Below are positions 58,699 to 64,000 of a DNA stretch of 64,000 nucleotides, piece after piece; the first letter of the stretch is position 1; the number at the start of each line of letters is the position of its first letter. The stretch spans positions 32,001-96,000 of the forward strand of contig OZ242311.1 in NCBI GenBank assembly GCA_965207885.1. Reading direction: 5' to 3'. The position numbers and the translations under genes were made by a program. The stretch comes from Candidatus Latescibacterota bacterium. GTDB lineage: Bacteria > Latescibacterota > UBA2968. The notes below the pieces were generated by a model, which was given only the letters and a program-made list of their open reading frames with translations, was not told the DNA's origin and made no database searches.

Positions 58699-59295
58699 TC
58701 AAAATGAATACGAAACGGGAACTTGTTTCACGCGGCGCAAATCGCGCATATCCGATGGCAGTTGCTTCAACCGCGATGCGGAATCCACACGCGCCGAATC
58801 CCGATAATGACGAGAATCCAGACTATAAGACTCCTTGGACAAACGCTCCAATTCCAGAGCACCAACATCAACACTCGGCAATATCTGGCCCTTCATCAGT
58901 GGAATTTCCGAACGCTCCACTGCCACTTGCGGCACCGGTGTTGTATCGCCATGGAAAACCGCCTGAGTCAACCCCAGGCCGATCACCACAGCCGCAGCCA
59001 GTGTTGTAATCTTCCGCGAGACAGAAGAAAACATTGCGCGACGTGCCTTGTTCAAAGGGTGTTTTTCTTTTGCCATAGCCATTGCCAAATGGCTGCGCAA
59101 GGTAAAATCAAACTCAGCCGATGGGCGCACCTGTGGCAATTGCGCCAGGCGCTCCCTCAAAGTTTGCACATCGGCCAACAAAGTGCGACAATGCTCGCAC
59201 TCGGCGGCTTTGCGCTCCATTTCCGCCATCTCAACCGGACTCATTTCGCCATCTACATAAGCCGAAACTCGCGCTTCAAAATCGGTAACGGTCAT
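58699..59295 (-). CDS. Anti-sigma factor (zf-HC2-like)
   Basis: SAYVDGEM...CEHC, single TM helix; follows the ECF sigma gene. Confidence 0.8.
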   Translation of the reverse strand: MTVTDFEARVSAYVDGEMSPVEMAEMERKAAECEHCRTLLADVQTLRERLAQLPQVRPSAEFDFTLRSHLAMAMAKEKHPLNKARRAMFSSVSRKITTLAAAVVIGLGLTQAVFHGDTTPVPQVAVERSEIPLMKGQILPSVDVGALELERLSKESYSLDSRHYRDSARVDSASRLKQLPSDMRDLRRVKQVPVSYSF

Positions 59296-59333
59296 GTCTA
59301 TATTTTACCTCCGAGCAGGGTTTCCGGGATGTC

Positions 59334-59945
59334 TTAGACATTCAGGCCCACATCCCGACCTTCATTTTTCAATTTTTGTTGTAATTTTAAGCGCCCGCGA
59401 TTGACGCGCGATTTCACCGTCCCAACCGGACACTTCACAATTTCAGAAATCTCGTAATACGACATACCTTCCACATCGCGCAACAAAATCACCTGGCGGT
59501 AATTATCGGGCAACGAAGCAATGGCATTCTGAATCTCCACATCGGCCAGAGAAGATTCCGCCATGCGATCGGGACGCATAGATTCATCGGGCAAATCCAT
59601 GCCCGTATCTGACTCCTCGTCTCGATCCAGTGAAAACAACCGCCATCGCTTGCGCCTCCTCAACTCACTTTTGGCCAAATTTCCGGCAATCGTAAACAGC
59701 CAGGTAGAAAAATTGGCAATTGCACGGTATTCCTCGCGCTTTCCAAACGCGCGCAAAAACGCCTCTTGCACGATATCTTCTGCTGTTTCCCGATCGCTCA
59801 CAAAGCGAAAAACAAAATTGTACAACCGCCCTTGATAGCGCCGCACAATTTTTCCATAAGCATCAATATCTCCAGCAGATACTTCAGCTAAAATCTCCAC
59901 ATCGGGTTGTTCGCCAAGTCCATATCTCGAATTTGCCATAAGCAT
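59334..59945 (-). CDS. ECF sigma factor (RpoE/SigW-like)
   Basis: AEDIVQEAF, FSTWLFTIA, GTVKSRVNRGR. Confidence 0.92.
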   Translation of the reverse strand: MLMANSRYGLGEQPDVEILAEVSAGDIDAYGKIVRRYQGRLYNFVFRFVSDRETAEDIVQEAFLRAFGKREEYRAIANFSTWLFTIAGNLAKSELRRRKRWRLFSLDRDEESDTGMDLPDESMRPDRMAESSLADVEIQNAIASLPDNYRQVILLRDVEGMSYYEISEIVKCPVGTVKSRVNRGRLKLQQKLKNEGRDVGLNV

Positions 59946-60151
59946 GGAATTCCTCCCCTTCGGGCATGTATTCCCCCTCCCATCCCAAAGCTTTACATCC
60001 TCAATCCTACTATTAAACCCCCCATGCACCGTCAGGGTTCCCAAAAATACGCGCCGACTGTTTTTCCACATTGCGCCTTCGTCAATCCCGTCTTATATTC
60101 ATCACCCCAAATCCGAAACTGATGACATTCATAAGAAAGCGAGGAACCCCG

Positions 60152-62146
60152 ATGGCAGCAAATCAGGTCGTCGAACAAAACGGACAATACATCCCACCGC
60201 AAAATCTCAGCACCAATGCACATGTCCCCAGCATAGATGCCTACGGGAAACAATACGAAAAATCAATTGCCGATCCCGAAGCATTCTGGGTAGAAATTGC
60301 CAATACATTTCACTGGTACAAAAAATGGGACACCGTGCGGTCCTACAACTACAATATAGATAACGGGCCGATCTCTATCAAGTGGTTTGAAGGGGCCAGA
60401 ACCAACATCACGTACAACTGCATTGACCGTCACCTCGCGTCTCGAGGAGATCAAGTCGCCATCTTATGGGAAGGCAATGAGCCTGGTGAAGACGCCAAAC
60501 TCACCTATAGTGAACTGCATGAACAAGTCTGCAAATTTGCCAACGTACTCAAATCTCGAGGCGTAAAAAAAGGCGACTGCGTCTCCATCTACATGCCCAT
60601 GATCCCCGAACTCGCCATCGCTATGCTGGCCTGCGCGCGCATCGGCGCTGTCCACTCCATCGTCTTTGGCGGCTTCTCTGCCGAAGCACTGGCAGACCGC
60701 ATCGTCGATTCCGCCTGCCAGATCGTACTCACCACAGATGGCATGTTCCGAGGCGACCGCCCCATGGAACGCAAGCAACCCGCCGACGAAGCCATCGCAT
60801 TAGCCAACTCGCGCATGGGCAACATTAGTGTTCACACCTGCATCGTGGTCCAGCGCGTAGGTGAAGACAGTGGCATCGCATGTCCCATGCGTGAAGGACG
60901 CGACTTATGGTGGCACGAAGCCATGTCAGAAGCTGATGCCGACTGCCCCTGCGAAGAAATGGACGCCGAAGACCCGCTCTTCATCCTCTATACATCTGGC
61001 TCTACCGGCAAACCCAAAGGCGTACAGCACAACGTAGGTGGCTACATGGTGTACACGGGCTACACGCACAAAAACGTCTTTGACTATCAGGATGGCGACA
61101 TCTACTTTTGCGCCGCCGACATAGGCTGGATCACAGGTCACTCCTACATCATCTACGGACCCTTATCAAATGCCGCCACCACCATCATGTTTGAAAGCAC
61201 GCCCGTCTATCCCGACCCGGGCCGATATTGGCAGGTCATCGACAAATACAAAGTCAACCAATTCTACACTGCGCCCACAGCCATACGCGCCCTCACCCGA
61301 GAAGGCGACGAATGGCCCGCCAAATACGACCTGTCATCCCTCAAAATACTCGGCACTGTGGGCGAACCCATCAATCCCGAAGCCTGGCAATGGTATCACC
61401 GCAATATCGGGAGAGAGCGGTGTCCCATCGTAGATACCTGGTGGCAAACCGAAACCGGGGGCATCCTCATCAGTCCCCTGCCCGGTGCAACCCCCACCAA
61501 ACCCGGATCCGCGACTTTTCCCCTCTACGGCATCAAACCCGTGGTCCTCGAACCCGAATCGGGCAAAATCGTCGAAGGCAATGGCGTAGATGGCGTACTC
61601 GCCATCTCAGAACCCTGGCCGGGACAAATGCGCACCGTCTATGGCGATCACAAACGCTTTGAAGAAACCTACTTCCAGCAATACAAAGGCTTCTACTTCA
61701 CCGGTGACGGCTGTCGTCGAGATGAAGACGGCTACTACTGGATCACCGGCCGCGTAGATGACGTCATCAATATCTCGGGCCACCGCATGGGCACCGCCGA
61801 AGTCGAAAGCGCCCTGGTCTCACACGGAAAAGTGGCCGAAGCCGCTGTAGTGGGTTTCCCACACGAAATCAAAGGACAGGGCATCTATGCCTACGTCACC
61901 CTCAACGTGGGCGAAGCCTATACCGACGACCTCAAAGCCGAACTCGTCCAACAAGTCCGCACCGAAATCGGCCCCATCGCCACCCCGGACGTAATCCACT
62001 GGGCACCGGGCTTACCCAAAACGCGATCGGGCAAAATCATGCGCCGAATCCTGCGCAAAATCGCCGAAGACGACACCTCGGACCTCGGCGACACCTCCAC
62101 CCTCGCCGACCCAACCGTCGTTGACGACCTCCTCGCCAACCGGTAG
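60152..62146 (+). CDS. acs: Acetyl-CoA synthetase
   Basis: [37 protein letters not shown]. Confidence 0.97.
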   Translation: MAANQVVEQNGQYIPPQNLSTNAHVPSIDAYGKQYEKSIADPEAFWVEIANTFHWYKKWDTVRSYNYNIDNGPISIKWFEGARTNITYNCIDRHLASRGDQVAILWEGNEPGEDAKLTYSELHEQVCKFANVLKSRGVKKGDCVSIYMPMIPELAIAMLACARIGAVHSIVFGGFSAEALADRIVDSACQIVLTTDGMFRGDRPMERKQPADEAIALANSRMGNISVHTCIVVQRVGEDSGIACPMREGRDLWWHEAMSEADADCPCEEMDAEDPLFILYTSGSTGKPKGVQHNVGGYMVYTGYTHKNVFDYQDGDIYFCAADIGWITGHSYIIYGPLSNAATTIMFESTPVYPDPGRYWQVIDKYKVNQFYTAPTAIRALTREGDEWPAKYDLSSLKILGTVGEPINPEAWQWYHRNIGRERCPIVDTWWQTETGGILISPLPGATPTKPGSATFPLYGIKPVVLEPESGKIVEGNGVDGVLAISEPWPGQMRTVYGDHKRFEETYFQQYKGFYFTGDGCRRDEDGYYWITGRVDDVINISGHRMGTAEVESALVSHGKVAEAAVVGFPHEIKGQGIYAYVTLNVGEAYTDDLKAELVQQVRTEIGPIATPDVIHWAPGLPKTRSGKIMRRILRKIAEDDTSDLGDTSTLADPTVVDDLLANR

Positions 62147-62151
62147 GATAC

Positions 62152-62184
62152 AAAAAAGCGGGCACAAAATCGTGCCCGCTTTTT
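62152..62184. terminator. Bidirectional intrinsic terminator
   Basis: AAAAAAGCGGGCAC..GTGCCCGCTTTTTT. Confidence 0.85.
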
Positions 62185-62199
62185 TAATCAACCATCATC

Positions 62200-63153
62200 T
62201 CACGGCACTGCGTCATCTAACATATGTTCAAATGCTTCAAGACTGGACACCTGGACCGCCGAGCGGAGCACCTGTTTGAGGCGTTGCAAATCTTCAATGG
62301 CGGCAATGCGAGCAGATAGGGGATCTGTCGCGCGGAGATCAAATCGAATCTCCAAAACATCAAGAATATCTGCAATAGCGCGGTCTCTTTCACCTCGCTT
62401 AAGGCCCTGCTCAAGGCCCTGCTCAAGGCCCTGCTCAAGGCCCTCTTCTCTGGCTTCCTCTCTGCTTTGTTGGGTAAGGGATTGAAAAAGAGATGATTCG
62501 CGCAAGATGTCCATGATGCCCTCCTTGAAAATAATATTAGAAATCGTTTCAGACGCATATACCAACTCGCTCAACGCCACCATCCCTGCCAGATAATCCG
62601 CCCTATATGACCGAGCGATGGGACGCGTCCGAGCCGTGTGAATACACTGATGCAACCACGCATCCGAAGCCATCCCTTCAGGTGGCTTCATCAATGGCGT
62701 GAAGGGTATCAGACCCGATTGCCCCGATTCGAGGACGCGCTCGCCTTCTATCTCAATCAGTCTGATCACGCGATACCGAATTGTGATTTCGTAGTCAAGA
62801 TGCGCCTGGACATAGTACCCGGTATCGTGCTGCCCCGCATTGGGACGCAGGTAGATCACGTTGGAATAAATCGGCAGACCGTATTGCCGAATCGCATGTC
62901 CGATATAGCCCGCCATGCGGCGCGGCATAGGCGGATTGGTGCTGTCAGTGGTTTGAAACTCGTTGTGGACCAATACCTCCTCGTCATCGATACGCACGCG
63001 AATCAGGCTATCGGTCTGGTGTGCTTCAACAGTGTATTGTTCTGTGTCAATAACTGCGAGAACTTCAATGTCCTCGCGCCCGAGGGTAAAGCCAGCAAAG
63101 TCGTGGGGATATTTCTGAATCAAGTGTTTGGATATCGTATCAAATTCGGCCAT
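62200..63153 (-). CDS. Rpn-family PD-(D/E)xK nuclease / putative transposase
   Basis: D..SK, TDSL..HNEFQ, MPRRMAGY, C-terminal GLEQ repeats and LEIRF. Confidence 0.8.
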   Translation of the reverse strand: MAEFDTISKHLIQKYPHDFAGFTLGREDIEVLAVIDTEQYTVEAHQTDSLIRVRIDDEEVLVHNEFQTTDSTNPPMPRRMAGYIGHAIRQYGLPIYSNVIYLRPNAGQHDTGYYVQAHLDYEITIRYRVIRLIEIEGERVLESGQSGLIPFTPLMKPPEGMASDAWLHQCIHTARTRPIARSYRADYLAGMVALSELVYASETISNIIFKEGIMDILRESSLFQSLTQQSREEAREEGLEQGLEQGLEQGLKRGERDRAIADILDVLEIRFDLRATDPLSARIAAIEDLQRLKQVLRSAVQVSSLEAFEHMLDDAVP

Positions 63154-63179
63154 GTGAGATGCCTGGTCTGAGGGTTGGT

Positions 63180-63332
63180 CGTATTTTGGACAAACGCAAC
63201 AATCAGAACTCAAGCAAATATCAGGCCAATTATCACAGAATTGAGCGATAAATTGCATATAAGCATCTCATTATGCTTTCAATATGCGGTATTGCGCTGT
63301 GGTTCACAACTTGAATTTGTGGATCGCCTGTT
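63180..63332 (-). promoter_or_regulatory. Conserved leader, copy 2, with sigma54-type promoter (63213-63228)
   Basis: Reverse-complement homologue of 9019-9189. Confidence 0.7.
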
Positions 63333-63537
63333 TGGCACAGAACACGCCCTGAATATTTTGAGCGATAAATGGGCGGTCATGTGAAAGATATGTGCCACTT
63401 GCTTGATATGATGGACCCAAGTCTGTGATCTTCTCATTTCAAACATCTCGGTGCTTGCCAATCGCAGGCCAACTAATAAAACCCCTTGTCAGAATCAGGA
63501 TGGGTAGGATGTGAGGATTTACAGGATACTCACCCGC

Positions 63538-64000
63538 TCAAACACTTTCGCTCTTAACCCTACGGTGTCGGAAAACTTCGCGGCAATGATAGTCATATCG
63601 CACAGACTTGATGTCCAATACAAGGATGCTTTTCATATCCAGTCGCAAGGTTGGTTCACTGTATGTGGGCAATTCCTCATCTTCATTATCTCCTAGAGAG
63701 AACGAGTAGATATCCACAAGAGTTGCATCGTCGTTTCGAGGCGGCGTTGAATGAGTCAGAGGTACGGTTTCGAACACATTGATATGCCTGATATAGCTGT
63801 CATCATCTTCGTCGTGATCTTCGTCATATTTGTCGTAGAGGCTATAAACCTCCACTTCTGTACCTTCGGGGAAGTCATCGGGTGCTACGCTAGAAGCGTG
63901 GTTGAACAGCACCACATTGCGGCCACAACTGGTCTGCGATGAGCGGAAGATGATTCCGTCCAACGGCGTATTCAGCTTGTTAGCCAAGTATTCGGCTACG
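63538..64000 (-). CDS. RES-domain protein, C-terminal part; 5' end outside the window
   Basis: EYLA...DGIIFRSSQ...NVVLF RES motif. Confidence 0.7.
   Translation of the reverse strand, partial: VAEYLANKLNTPLDGIIFRSSQTSCGRNVVLFNHASSVAPDDFPEGTEVEVYSLYDKYDEDHDEDDDSYIRHINVFETVPLTHSTPPRNDDATLVDIYSFSLGDNEDEELPTYSEPTLRLDMKSILVLDIKSVRYDYHCREVFRHRRVKSESV

Overview
Bacterial chromosomal window with no rRNA, tRNA or CRISPR array seen. The gene content (four enolase-superfamily genes, PhyH-type dioxygenases, a DUF6785-like membrane protein, an Rpn nuclease, many TA modules) resembles uncultured sponge-symbiont lineages such as Latescibacterota/Poribacteria; this taxonomy is inference only. The backbone carries housekeeping genes (rsgA, lolC/E, rpoE, anti-sigma, htrA-like, acs), uronate/pectin-type catabolic genes and a urea uptake plus urease operon (urtA-porin-urtBCDE-ureAB-ureC-ureF-ureG-ureD) whose urease and UreG look plant/fungal-type and which lacks ureE. 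Accessory islands include McrBC, RelE-type and VapBC TA pairs, orphan antitoxins, a TnpB-only IS200/IS605 element, Rpn and RES genes. The main candidates for new biology are: (1) a four-gene module of an m6A methyltransferase, a MORC-like GHKL ATPase fused to a histidine kinase, a receiver protein and an unknown HxH protein (41.6-47.5 kb); (2) a VapBC cassette bracketed by captured 3' ends of three neighbouring genes (48.9-55.6 kb); (3) a ~160-bp leader with a sigma54-type promoter and operator palindrome shared by two unrelated accessory genes 54 kb apart; (4) a family of intergenic elements built from inverted CGAATNNN octamer arrays around a G-rich core. All family assignments come from motif recognition, not database searches.
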